Positions 28,254 through 36,702 of a DNA stretch of 64,000 bases are shown here, piece after piece (position 1 is the stretch's first letter; the number at the start of each line of letters is the position of its first letter). This DNA is from a candidate division FCPU426 bacterium (lineage in GTDB: Bacteria > Oederibacteriota > PGYV01 > Palsa-1178): contig CAWIXE010000001.1 in assembly GCA_963840035.1 (NCBI GenBank), forward strand, positions 128,001 to 192,000. The letters run 5' to 3'. A program made the position numbers and the translations under genes. The notes under the pieces are model-generated. The model worked only from the letters and a program-made list of their open reading frames with translations, made no database searches and was not told the origin of the DNA.

Positions 28254-28967
28254 TTACTTATACAGCCCTTCATAATAAGACGCCGTCGGGATGCCCAGTT
28301 CCAGCTCTTTTTGTGTAAGTTTTCCGTAGTATACGTCCATGTTTGCCTTCGGCTTATATTCCCCGGATAAGAGCAGCTTTATCCTTCTGACCCTCTCGGC
28401 GTTGCCCTCAGGGTTTTTGACCGGGGAAAAAGCGGCCGGTGATATTACCATTGCCAGAAGCGACAGGTACTGGTCGTCGGTTATGCTTTTAAAATCCTTT
28501 TTAAAATATGTTTTTGCCGCGTCTTCAAAACCGTATACTGGCGTGCCATAAGGGTTGCCCAGGTAGACCATGTTGATGAAGAGTTTAAGCTGCGTATCTT
28601 TCGGGGTTAACGCGTTAAATGCGTATCTGGCAATCAGGGTCTGCCTGACCTTCGCGAAACCCGGCTGAAATTTCTTGAAATAAAGCAGCTTTACCAGCCC
28701 CTGCGATATGGTCGTTATTCCCGCGCCCGGCGTCTTAAAGTCCACGCCCCTGTGTTTATAAAATGCCGGGTCCTCCACCTTAAGCAGCGCGTCGATCCTG
28801 TACTGTGAAAAATCCGTGATCTCAAGGGCCATTTTGTTCTTCGCCATGGCCTCCGCCACTATTTTAGGGGTATTCTGGGCGGCAATAACCAGGTCAAAAC
28901 AAAGCCACATAATGACAAGCGCGAGCATCACTGTGAGAGTATTCGCAAAAATTTTTATGATCTTCAT
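28254..28967 (-). CDS. Monofunctional peptidoglycan transglycosylase (GT51 domain)
   Basis: EDPAFYKHRGVD, TISQGLVK, K...L.LFINMVYLG, YGFEDAA.TYF.K. Confidence 0.85.
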   Translation of the reverse strand: MKIIKIFANTLTVMLALVIMWLCFDLVIAAQNTPKIVAEAMAKNKMALEITDFSQYRIDALLKVEDPAFYKHRGVDFKTPGAGITTISQGLVKLLYFKKFQPGFAKVRQTLIARYAFNALTPKDTQLKLFINMVYLGNPYGTPVYGFEDAAKTYFKKDFKSITDDQYLSLLAMVISPAAFSPVKNPEGNAERVRRIKLLLSGEYKPKANMDVYYGKLTQKELELGIPTASYYEGLYK

Positions 28968-29014
28968 TTGTCCCTGCCTTATCCATTATTTGTCATTAGT
29001 AATTGGTAATTATT

Positions 29015-30898
29015 CTATTTCTCCCCGTGTTTAAAAACCCCGTGCCAGTTGGCCATGAAGCCCCTGTCTTCGGCAAGCTTTATCAGTTCGACAAGCCGCT
29101 GTATGTATATGTCGAAAATAGGGTCATGGCAGTTCCTGTCTTTTTTTCTGCACGTGTCGAGCTCGGCATTTAGCGACATGAAGGCTTTCAGGGCCTTTGG
29201 AAAATCACCGGCTTTATAGAGCCTTACCGCGCTCTTGTATTCCTTCATGGTGGCCTTCTTAAAATCAACAACCGCCGGGTCCTGCCCGTTTAAGACCTCA
29301 TATATTTCCACGGGCCTTTGTTTTCCCTTTACCGTGATAAGGTCCAGATAGCGGAGTTCAAAAGAGGAATCAAGCTCCTCCCTCATGATATCCGATATTA
29401 TTATGTCTGAATGGTAATACTTGGTGAGCGACTCAAGCCTGGAGGCAAGGTTCACCCCGTCGCCGATAATAGTGCGGTCCATCTTTGTGTCAGCGGTGCC
29501 GATATTTCCTTCCACGACCTCGTCATAGTTTATCCCTATGCCCATGCGAAATTCAAAGCCCATGCCAGGCAGAAGGCTGCTCCCCTCTTCCTTAAGGAGC
29601 CTGTTCATCTCTATGGCCGCCCTTACCGCGTCTGAAGGCTCGGGAAATACCGCCATGATGGCGTCGCCTATGTACTTGTCTATCTCGCCCGAATTATCCG
29701 TAATCGGGCCGCTCATCTTATAAAAATAGGAATTCAGGAACCTGGTAAGGGCGATGGGGTCGAGCTCCTCTGTTATGGAGGCGAAATCCCTGATGTCGGA
29801 AAAAAGTATGGCCACGCTTTTGCGCTTCGGCGAGAATTCCAGCGGGTTTCCGCCGGCGTATATCTCATCAAGGATGGCGTTGCGCATATATATTTTGATT
29901 ATGTCATCCCTCTTTGTGACTTCCTCAAGGGACTTTTCAAGTTCGTTCTTGGAATTAACCGCGTCCCTGAATTTGTCCTCGGTCATCTGCAGGTGCTTTT
30001 CAAGGAAGACCACCATCTGCCTGTTTGACATCTTCTCGCCGATATAGAAACGTTTCTTATAGGATACGCGGAAGACGCAGTAAGGCGCGTTATATATTTC
30101 GCCCTCATGGAAAATGGTATTGTCGCCGGACCTGTAATTTTTTACCACAGCAAGGGCGTTTGACTCCGCTTCGGGGCACAGGTCGTGTATCCTGCCGAAA
30201 TAATTTTCATTTTCTATCATGGGTTTTAACTTCACCCAGCGCGCGATAAGATTTCCTTTCATGTGAAAGCCGGCCGAGTCATAGAAATACTCTTCAGGCT
30301 TCATCCCGTAACAGCCTTCCGCTATCACATCCAGCGGCATGGAGCATATATCATGTTTTACATTGCATACGTAATCGTAGTCATCCTTTAACCTCGGCAT
30401 GGAAGTGATGACTCCCGTGTGGTAATTGCACTCGCCGCCTACGGAATACGCGTCCCTGGATTCACGGTTAAAGGCCTCACTTTTATATATGATCTCGCCT
30501 TTCCTCCGGCTTATAATCTCATAACCGCACCATTTTGCCATGTTGGGAAGGTACTTCGGCAGGCTCTTAAAAAGCATGTCCATGGGCATCAGTTTAAATA
30601 TTACCTTATAAAATCCAGGCGCGCCTTTTCCATAGACTTCCTCCCCGACTGTTTTCCAGTCATGGTGGGTAAAACCCGGAACCGACCGCTGACAGTTGTA
30701 ATAAAGCCGGAAAGTCTGCTTGTTATTAAGCCAGTTTGCGCCGTTTTTAAGGTAGTCCATATTAAAATCAAGGCCGGCCAAAATTTGCTCCACCGGCACC
30801 CTTTTCTTTTTTATGAAATAATTTGCCACATGCATGGCGTTAACGCACGACATCCGAAGCTCTGAATCCCTGCATTCCATATTTGACTTAACGGCCAT
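29015..30898 (-). CDS. Class III adenylate cyclase with a large N-terminal sensor region
   Basis: FSDIRDF, DKYIGDAIMA, GNIG, IGDGVNLASRLE, VKGK. Confidence 0.93.
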   Translation of the reverse strand: MAVKSNMECRDSELRMSCVNAMHVANYFIKKKRVPVEQILAGLDFNMDYLKNGANWLNNKQTFRLYYNCQRSVPGFTHHDWKTVGEEVYGKGAPGFYKVIFKLMPMDMLFKSLPKYLPNMAKWCGYEIISRRKGEIIYKSEAFNRESRDAYSVGGECNYHTGVITSMPRLKDDYDYVCNVKHDICSMPLDVIAEGCYGMKPEEYFYDSAGFHMKGNLIARWVKLKPMIENENYFGRIHDLCPEAESNALAVVKNYRSGDNTIFHEGEIYNAPYCVFRVSYKKRFYIGEKMSNRQMVVFLEKHLQMTEDKFRDAVNSKNELEKSLEEVTKRDDIIKIYMRNAILDEIYAGGNPLEFSPKRKSVAILFSDIRDFASITEELDPIALTRFLNSYFYKMSGPITDNSGEIDKYIGDAIMAVFPEPSDAVRAAIEMNRLLKEEGSSLLPGMGFEFRMGIGINYDEVVEGNIGTADTKMDRTIIGDGVNLASRLESLTKYYHSDIIISDIMREELDSSFELRYLDLITVKGKQRPVEIYEVLNGQDPAVVDFKKATMKEYKSAVRLYKAGDFPKALKAFMSLNAELDTCRKKDRNCHDPIFDIYIQRLVELIKLAEDRGFMANWHGVFKHGEK

Positions 30899-31025
30899 TT
30901 GCTGTCCTTTATAGGATTGATTCCTGATTTGACCAGGTTTGTTTTTGAACTACGCGGGTATTATACCACATGGCATGTTTTTTTGTCTTCAATTGAAAAT
31001 AGAAAATTGAAAATCGTAAATCGGC

Positions 31026-31991
31026 TTATTCTATACCTAAAGCCTTTTCAATCATATCCTCAAGCGAGCGCGAGGCGTTGATAGTGTATTTATAAGACGC
31101 TTCTTTAGCGTGGTTGTCCGCGTTTATCATGCAGGTCACTTCGTCTTTGCGTTCCTTCAGGGCTTTTATTACAAGCGGCCCGCAAAGGAATGATGTGCCC
31201 GGGTGTATAAAATCCGCGGTATACATGACGCCATAACCGGCGCCGTTCCTGGTAACCGAGTAATAAGGCTTGTGTTCCACTTCAAAACCCTCAGGTACGG
31301 TAACCGTTAGCGCCGCATTCCTGGCGATAGTCCGGCCGGGGTTTTCCATTTCAAGCTTGAACTCCCTTTTTTCACCGACTGACATTGACAACATTTCACC
31401 CGGTTTTTTTCCGTTAATCGACACTTTAAGGTCCATGCCGCCGGAGTGTTCGGGCCCTTCGGCTAACGCTTCTATAAGCCTGGCGTTCATGTCCTTTGAT
31501 TCCCTGTCAGCCAGGCGGGTCATTTCCACGACCACGTCCAGCAATTTTACAAGTATGAAAACAGAATAGGCGAAAAGCACTATGCTTGAAGTTATAGCCG
31601 CCGCCTTCCACGCACCGGGAAGTATGTAATAAAGCATGACCGCGAGCATTGAAGCCATCATGGGCCCGGCAAACCGCACCGCCGCGGTCTTAATATCGAG
31701 GAATTCAAGTTTAAAGTTTACTTCTTTTTTAATCTTCAGCTCCGCCTTTTCCATTTCCCTTAACTGCGCCTTAATCTGCTTTAAATCCCCCTTATGCAGG
31801 ACGTTGCCGCTGATAACGCCGCTTAAAAAATCCTGCTTGGCCTTCTCAGACTCGGCCTTCTGGTTCTCGTACTTTATTTTCAGCTTGTCTATGCCGCCCT
31901 GGTAAATGGAAAGAAGCAGCCCCAGCACGGGCACGACAAACCCGATAAGGGCTATGACAAGGTATCCAAAAAGCATCATCGCGTTGTCCAT
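31026..31991 (-). CDS. Hypothetical membrane protein with a C-terminal Ig-like region
   Basis: GGAGG RBS; TM, coiled coil, 2 TM, beta-rich tail. Confidence 0.75.
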   Translation of the reverse strand: MDNAMMLFGYLVIALIGFVVPVLGLLLSIYQGGIDKLKIKYENQKAESEKAKQDFLSGVISGNVLHKGDLKQIKAQLREMEKAELKIKKEVNFKLEFLDIKTAAVRFAGPMMASMLAVMLYYILPGAWKAAAITSSIVLFAYSVFILVKLLDVVVEMTRLADRESKDMNARLIEALAEGPEHSGGMDLKVSINGKKPGEMLSMSVGEKREFKLEMENPGRTIARNAALTVTVPEGFEVEHKPYYSVTRNGAGYGVMYTADFIHPGTSFLCGPLVIKALKERKDEVTCMINADNHAKEASYKYTINASRSLEDMIEKALGIE

Positions 31992-32079
31992 AAAGCCTCC
32001 GTAAGGTCAGATTTAATACAGGTAATTATACAGCCTGCGTTTGGGGACGTCAATGGCCGCGGAAGGCGTGTTATTGTAT

Positions 32080-33278
32080 CGTAAGTTGCAACAATTAAAA
32101 CCCCACCCCAACCAACTGAGGCATTTTTCTTGTAAAGATTTGATTTGTCATTTGTGTCGCAGTTTCGTATCCAATTACCTTTCTGGGGTAATTGTTCATC
32201 CATGTCTCTATTTTCTTGATTTCCTTATTGCTTATAGGGCCTATGCTGGTTCCCTTGGGTATAAACCGTCTTATCATCCTGTTTGAGTTCTCGTTTGTAC
32301 CTCTTTCACAGGAACAATAAGGGTGAGCAAAATATATATTTGTCCTTTTTTGTCCATTAAATACTTTGCTGGCTTCTAAAAACTCCCAGTTCAAGAACTC
32401 CGAGCCATTATCTGCCGTGATACTCTTAAAAATATCCTTAAAATTTTCTTTGTATTTCTGTTCCAACTTCGTCAGAACTCTGTCGACTTCTTCATTTGAG
32501 GCTGACTTCATTTTCTCAATTATTTCCTTTCTTGTCTTCCTTTCACTCAACGTCAACAAACATTTTTTATCCCCTTGCTTTCCTTTGACGCAATCGATTT
32601 CCCAGTGACCGTATTCAGATCTTTCATTGGCCTCTTTTGGTCTGTCTTCTATGCTCTTGCAAAGTCTGTTCTTATCGAAAACACGCACTCTTTTGTTCTT
32701 GTTTTTCCTTTTGCGTTTCATCCATAAATCCTCATTGCTTATGCCATAAAAAACTTCTTTGCCTATATAGTTATAAATGGTTTTTGCACTTAAAGTCACA
32801 GTAAATTTCTGTTCTTTGTTCTTGATTGTTGCTGCAACCGCGGCCGGAGAGTATCGGTCTTTCTTTATGGTTAGTTCTATGTATTCAGCCAGTTTGTGGT
32901 CGCTGCCTATCTTTAATCCTGGTCCTTTGTGCTTTGACTTTTCATCATGTATTTCCTGGCCTATGTGCGCTTTATATACCTTCCGGGTTGTTAAATCACT
33001 ATTCAACAGCTCAATCGTGCCTCTTTTTATCTCTCTGTTTATCGTCCTGTGATTTCTACCCAACAAACGGCCTATCTCGCGACCTGTTAATTTCTTCTGC
33101 CGTAAAGCCTCAATCTTGTATCTTTCGCTTTCCCTTAAATACGTTCTTGTGGTACTATTTACTTGTCCCATCAGTCCAGCTCCTTTGGTTTATGTTTGGT
33201 CGCACTTACATAATACCATCAGTTGTTCTGTTGGGACTTTTTCTTTTTCTATGTGGGGTTTTTCATCTTACACTTTTT
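32080..33278 (-). mobile_element. IS30-family insertion sequence
   Basis: Low-GC segment; imperfect IRs CGTAAGTTGCAACAATTAAAACCCCAC / TGTAAGATGAAAAACCCCAC; 16-bp direct repeats AGGCGTGTTATTGTAT. Confidence 0.9.
32095..33171 (-). CDS. IS30-family DDE transposase (intact)
   Basis: N-terminal HTH (LGRNHRTINREIKR), GHWEID, TADNGSEF, FAHPY...ERGTNENSN..IRRFIPKG, NNYPRK. Confidence 0.96.
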   Translation of the reverse strand: MGQVNSTTRTYLRESERYKIEALRQKKLTGREIGRLLGRNHRTINREIKRGTIELLNSDLTTRKVYKAHIGQEIHDEKSKHKGPGLKIGSDHKLAEYIELTIKKDRYSPAAVAATIKNKEQKFTVTLSAKTIYNYIGKEVFYGISNEDLWMKRKRKNKNKRVRVFDKNRLCKSIEDRPKEANERSEYGHWEIDCVKGKQGDKKCLLTLSERKTRKEIIEKMKSASNEEVDRVLTKLEQKYKENFKDIFKSITADNGSEFLNWEFLEASKVFNGQKRTNIYFAHPYCSCERGTNENSNRMIRRFIPKGTSIGPISNKEIKKIETWMNNYPRKVIGYETATQMTNQIFTRKMPQLVGVGF

Positions 33279-33566
33279 AGGCGTGTTATTGTATATAATT
33301 GTGTGTAAATTCATATTTGCTTATATTAAACGTGTTAATTTTCTTCTATCACTGCTCCCCCCTCTCCTCTTAGGAGAGGGGCTGGGGTGAGGTGAAACCA
33401 ATTGTCTTATTCCCCTCACCCTACCCTCTCCCAAGGGGAGAGGGAAAAAAGAACAAAACAATTTACACACAATTCTTGACAATATCGGAAGGCGTGACGC
33501 TGTTGCTCCAAAAAAATAAAGCGGCGGTATTACCCGCCGCTTTATTGGACAGACGCTTCTACTTTT

Positions 33567-33977
33567 TTACTTTTGCTTTTCCGGCGCAGCTTTCTTTTCG
33601 GGCATTGCCTTTTTCATGTTCTTGATGGAAACCAGGTTGAGTTCGCTTCCTGTTTCCTTTACTTTTACATTTACCTCAAGCTTGCCTGCTTTTGTCTTAA
33701 GGAACTTCTCGATCTTCGCGTTGCTTGCCTTGTCAAAGGCCTTTAAGGAACCGTCCGGCATGTATAAGGAATAGCCGCTCGCGGCGCAATTGGGCATTAA
33801 GGCGCATGATTTAGGATGAGTTTTGATGAATTCCGGGAGATTAGCCTTGTTAGCCGTAGCGCACTGGTTGTCAATGATGGTGCCTTCGAGTTCCATGGCT
33901 TTTACCGGCGCTTCAGCAGCGTATGCCAGTGAAGCAGCAAATGCCAATGACAGTGCAATGATCATTATTTTTTTCAT
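33567..33977 (-). CDS. Hypothetical exported protein with Cys/His motif
   Basis: Signal peptide; IDNQC, HPKSCALMPNCAASGY. Confidence 0.75.
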   Translation of the reverse strand: MKKIMIIALSLAFAASLAYAAEAPVKAMELEGTIIDNQCATANKANLPEFIKTHPKSCALMPNCAASGYSLYMPDGSLKAFDKASNAKIEKFLKTKAGKLEVNVKVKETGSELNLVSIKNMKKAMPEKKAAPEKQK

Positions 33978-34214
33978 GTTTTTCACCCCCTTTCCGGTGT
34001 AAATTTAGATGACTTAAAGATTATAGCCGTGAAAACAGGCAAAGTCAAATTTATGACAAGGCCATCTCACGGGCCGCCACATGGGGCGGCCCCTACAGGG
34101 CCGCCCCTTCCTCCTAAACCCCTCCTCCTCACCCTTGTTTTTAAAAACAAAGCTACCTTACAAGGGTAAGGAGTAAGGGTTTAGGAGGAAGAAGGGATGA
34201 AGAGCGACCGTGGA

Positions 34215-34493
34215 AATAAATATAGAAATCCGGCGGGCAGCTCGATAAGACGCGCGAGAGGTGGATAAGCCATTGATTATAATGTGCTCGCCTGAAGCTC
34301 GCACTTCGCGTAAGGGGTTTGGCTGATGCCATACTGGAGGTTTTTCCATCAACCGCGGATTTCTTTGTGGTTGTAATGATTTCTAATATAGAAATCCGGC
34401 GGGCAGATATAAGGGGTTTGGGAGGGGGGAAAGCCCGCCGGATTTGTCATAATTGCGTCTTTTAAGTCTTTTCCTTTATCTCTTTCCCTTCTC
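34215..34493 (-). ncRNA. Candidate ECF-driven sRNA with a duplicated hairpin unit
   Basis: Downstream of an ECF-type promoter; stem AAATCCGGCGGGC/GCCCGCCGGATTT with a C-rich loop; no convincing ORF. Confidence 0.4.
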
Positions 34494-34498
34494 AACTA

Positions 34499-34527
34499 TT
34501 AGACGCCCGGACAGGGTAAAAAGTTCC
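34499..34527 (-). promoter_or_regulatory. ECF sigma promoter
   Basis: GGAACTT-N16-GTCTAA. Confidence 0.65.
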
Positions 34528-34575
34528 GCTAAAAGATACGAAAACAGTGGTATTTTGTCCATATTTTATTGGTAA

Positions 34576-34929
34576 TTAAATATCCCTGTTGGCCTTATCC
34601 GGTGAGAACGCCGGGATGCACACGGAAATATATTCCGCGCCTTTGGGCGTGGAGTACTGCACCCATGTTCCTTTGGGCATTATGACTGCCTGCCCCGCTT
34701 TCAGGTCCGTGGTTTTTGTTTTTGTCTTAACACGCAGGCTCCCCTTTAATACCACCGAATACTCGTCAAACTCCGGGGTCTGGCCAGGCTCTGACCAGCC
34801 TTTCGGGCTTTTCATGCGGGCAACGCTTGCAGCCTTTGTTTTTGAATTCATTAAACCGATAAATTCCTCTATCTTTTTTTGGGGTTTTCCGAGGGCCTCT
34901 ATAACTGCTGCTTTTCCAATAATCTTCAT
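34576..34929 (-). CDS. Cupin domain protein
   Basis: IEEFIG, WSEPGQTPEFDEYSVVLKG, G.WVQYSTP, C.PAFSP. Confidence 0.88.
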   Translation of the reverse strand: MKIIGKAAVIEALGKPQKKIEEFIGLMNSKTKAASVARMKSPKGWSEPGQTPEFDEYSVVLKGSLRVKTKTKTTDLKAGQAVIMPKGTWVQYSTPKGAEYISVCIPAFSPDKANRDI

Positions 34930-34966
34930 CTTTTCACCTTTCCACCCGTTTTATGAAACAAAACAT

Positions 34967-35527
34967 CTAATCCTCATAATCCTCTTTTGATTCGTTTTCC
35001 TTGAAAACATTTTTATCCGCAAAGTCCCTGAATTTATCTATATCATCCTTTCCCAGTGCGACCTTTAAATCCCTTTCCTTTCCTTTTATCAGCACATACA
35101 CATCTTTCGAATTTTCTATCATTTTAATGTCATCGTAGCATGTCAAAAAATCCACTTTTTCAGTTTTTTCACACCAGAACTCATCCTTTTCCACCGGCCT
35201 CCCCGGATAGGTGTCACAATATATCTTTGACCCGTCAGCCTGAACTATCATTTTATTCGGCCTGTCTATATCCAGCCAGGCTTCAGATCTGTACACAAAT
35301 TCAACCACGATCTCCGTCTTTATGAGGCCGCTTTCAATGTTCTTCCTGGATTTTTTATATATATTGAACTGAAAGTTTTCAGCGTCAGTTACGCTAATAT
35401 CATTGCCCATGATATTATAGCTGGAGTATTTATATGTTTCCCTCGGGCATCCGGATAACAGCGCCCAGGCGCAGACAGCGCAGAATATTACAGCGGTTTT
35501 TTTCAAATACCCCCCTTTTTCATCCAT
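34967..35527 (-). CDS. Putative lipoprotein
   Basis: Lipobox LLSGC; the true start may be the TTG at LKKT. Confidence 0.7.
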   Translation of the reverse strand: MDEKGGYLKKTAVIFCAVCAWALLSGCPRETYKYSSYNIMGNDISVTDAENFQFNIYKKSRKNIESGLIKTEIVVEFVYRSEAWLDIDRPNKMIVQADGSKIYCDTYPGRPVEKDEFWCEKTEKVDFLTCYDDIKMIENSKDVYVLIKGKERDLKVALGKDDIDKFRDFADKNVFKENESKEDYED

Positions 35528-35664
35528 CCGGCCGTTATGATAATGCGGCCTGACCTAATTATTCTAACACAGTACAGTAAAATAGTCTATTTTGAGGCAT
35601 ACCCTGCCTGCTTCCCCCTGTTCACTACCCACCACCCGCTAATCACAATCCTTTAAATCCCCCC

Positions 35665-35693
35665 TTGACACATCCCCCTTATTCCTTTATAAT
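35665..35693 (+). promoter_or_regulatory. Consensus sigma70 promoter of the rpmH operon
   Basis: TTGACA-N17-TATAAT. Confidence 0.9.
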
Positions 35694-35746
35694 TCTAACG
35701 GTTTTCAATGAAAAACCACATATTCTATATATAACGGAGAAAAACA

Positions 35747-35887
35747 ATGCCAAAAAGGACATTTCAGCCCCATAAGAAACGCAGGAAAAGGAAACACGGC
35801 TTTTTAAAGCGCAGCGCGTCAAAGAACGGCAGAAGAGTGCTTTCCGCCAGGCGCAGAAAAGGCCGCAAAAGGCTGACACAGGTCTAA
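35747..35887 (+). CDS. rpmH: 50S ribosomal protein L34
   Basis: Manual translation [46 protein letters not shown] (absent from the ORF track). Confidence 0.97.
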   Translation: MPKRTFQPHKKRRKRKHGFLKRSASKNGRRVLSARRRKGRKRLTQV

Positions 35888-35999
35888 TTTAAAACTGAAA
35901 ACTTAAAGTTGAAAGCTGAAGCTTTTGCCGGTAACCACGGTGTAACGCTTCAGCTTTCAGTTTTCAGCTTTAAACTTTAAGTTATAAGGGAGTATTAAT

Positions 36000-36341
36000 A
36001 TTAGAAAAGCCAACCCCAAAGCCGGGGACATAAAATCCATACTTAATAACGGCATAAAAGACGGCAATGAGTATTTTTCCGTTTATGTCATGAAATCAGA
36101 GAGAAAAAAAAATAACCTATATACAGCCAATGTAGCCAAGAAATCCGTAAAGCTTAGCGTTAACCGCAACATGTACAAACGGTGGATGAGGGCGTGCTAT
36201 CACAAACACAAGGCAAAACTTGCCGGCTTCGACACGCTTATCATGCCCAGGCGCTCCATGCCGTCGCTTAAAACTTTTGCCGACATAGAAGCCAGGCTTG
36301 AGCCGCTCTTTGAAGGGGCCCTTAAGAAGGCCGCAAAATGA
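36000..36341 (+). CDS. rnpA: RNase P protein component (probable ATT start)
   Basis: VAKK...SVNRN..KRWMR (RNR-motif variant); synteny between rpmH and yidD; frame open back to TAA at 35985. Confidence 0.8.
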   Translation: MRKANPKAGDIKSILNNGIKDGNEYFSVYVMKSERKKNNLYTANVAKKSVKLSVNRNMYKRWMRACYHKHKAKLAGFDTLIMPRRSMPSLKTFADIEARLEPLFEGALKKAAK

Positions 36342-36547
36342 AAAAACTGCTTATCGCCCTTATAGATTTTTATAAGGCCGCCATATCGCCTTACCTTCCG
36401 GCCTCGTGCAGGTTCACGCCGACGTGCTCGGAATACGGCAGGCAGGCCATAGACAAGTACGGTGCCTTAAAAGGCGGATGGCTCGCGATAAAAAGGCTGG
36501 CCCGCTGCGGCCCGTGGAGTAAGGGCGGGGTTGATACGCTGAAATAA
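36338..36547 (+). CDS. yidD: Membrane protein insertion efficiency factor
   Basis: [28 protein letters not shown]...GG.D. Confidence 0.96.
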   Translation: MKKLLIALIDFYKAAISPYLPASCRFTPTCSEYGRQAIDKYGALKGGWLAIKRLARCGPWSKGGVDTLK

Positions 36548-36702
36548 CTGTTCGAAGTTATGTGTTCGGGGTTCGAAGTTCAACAAAGAACAAGAAACCC
36601 GGCAAATAACAAAAACATGTCCGGAACCGGAACTTGTATTTGGAAAAAAACAAACTTCGAACTTCGAACTCTGAACTTCGAACTTCTTCTGGAGGTTTTA
36701 CT

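Larger units (their letters stand above)
32070..33486. mobile_element. IS256-like MITE interrupted by IS30
   Basis: IRs GTTATTGTATATAATTGTGTGTAAATT / rc GATATTGTCAAGAATTGTGTGTAAATT; flanking GGAAGGCGT at 32061-32069 and 33487-33495. Confidence 0.7.

Noticed and set aside
32029..32042. ACAGCCTGCG (also at 50523 and 50761) as a target duplication
   Set aside because: It recurs near MITEs but does not match the IR boundaries; role unresolved
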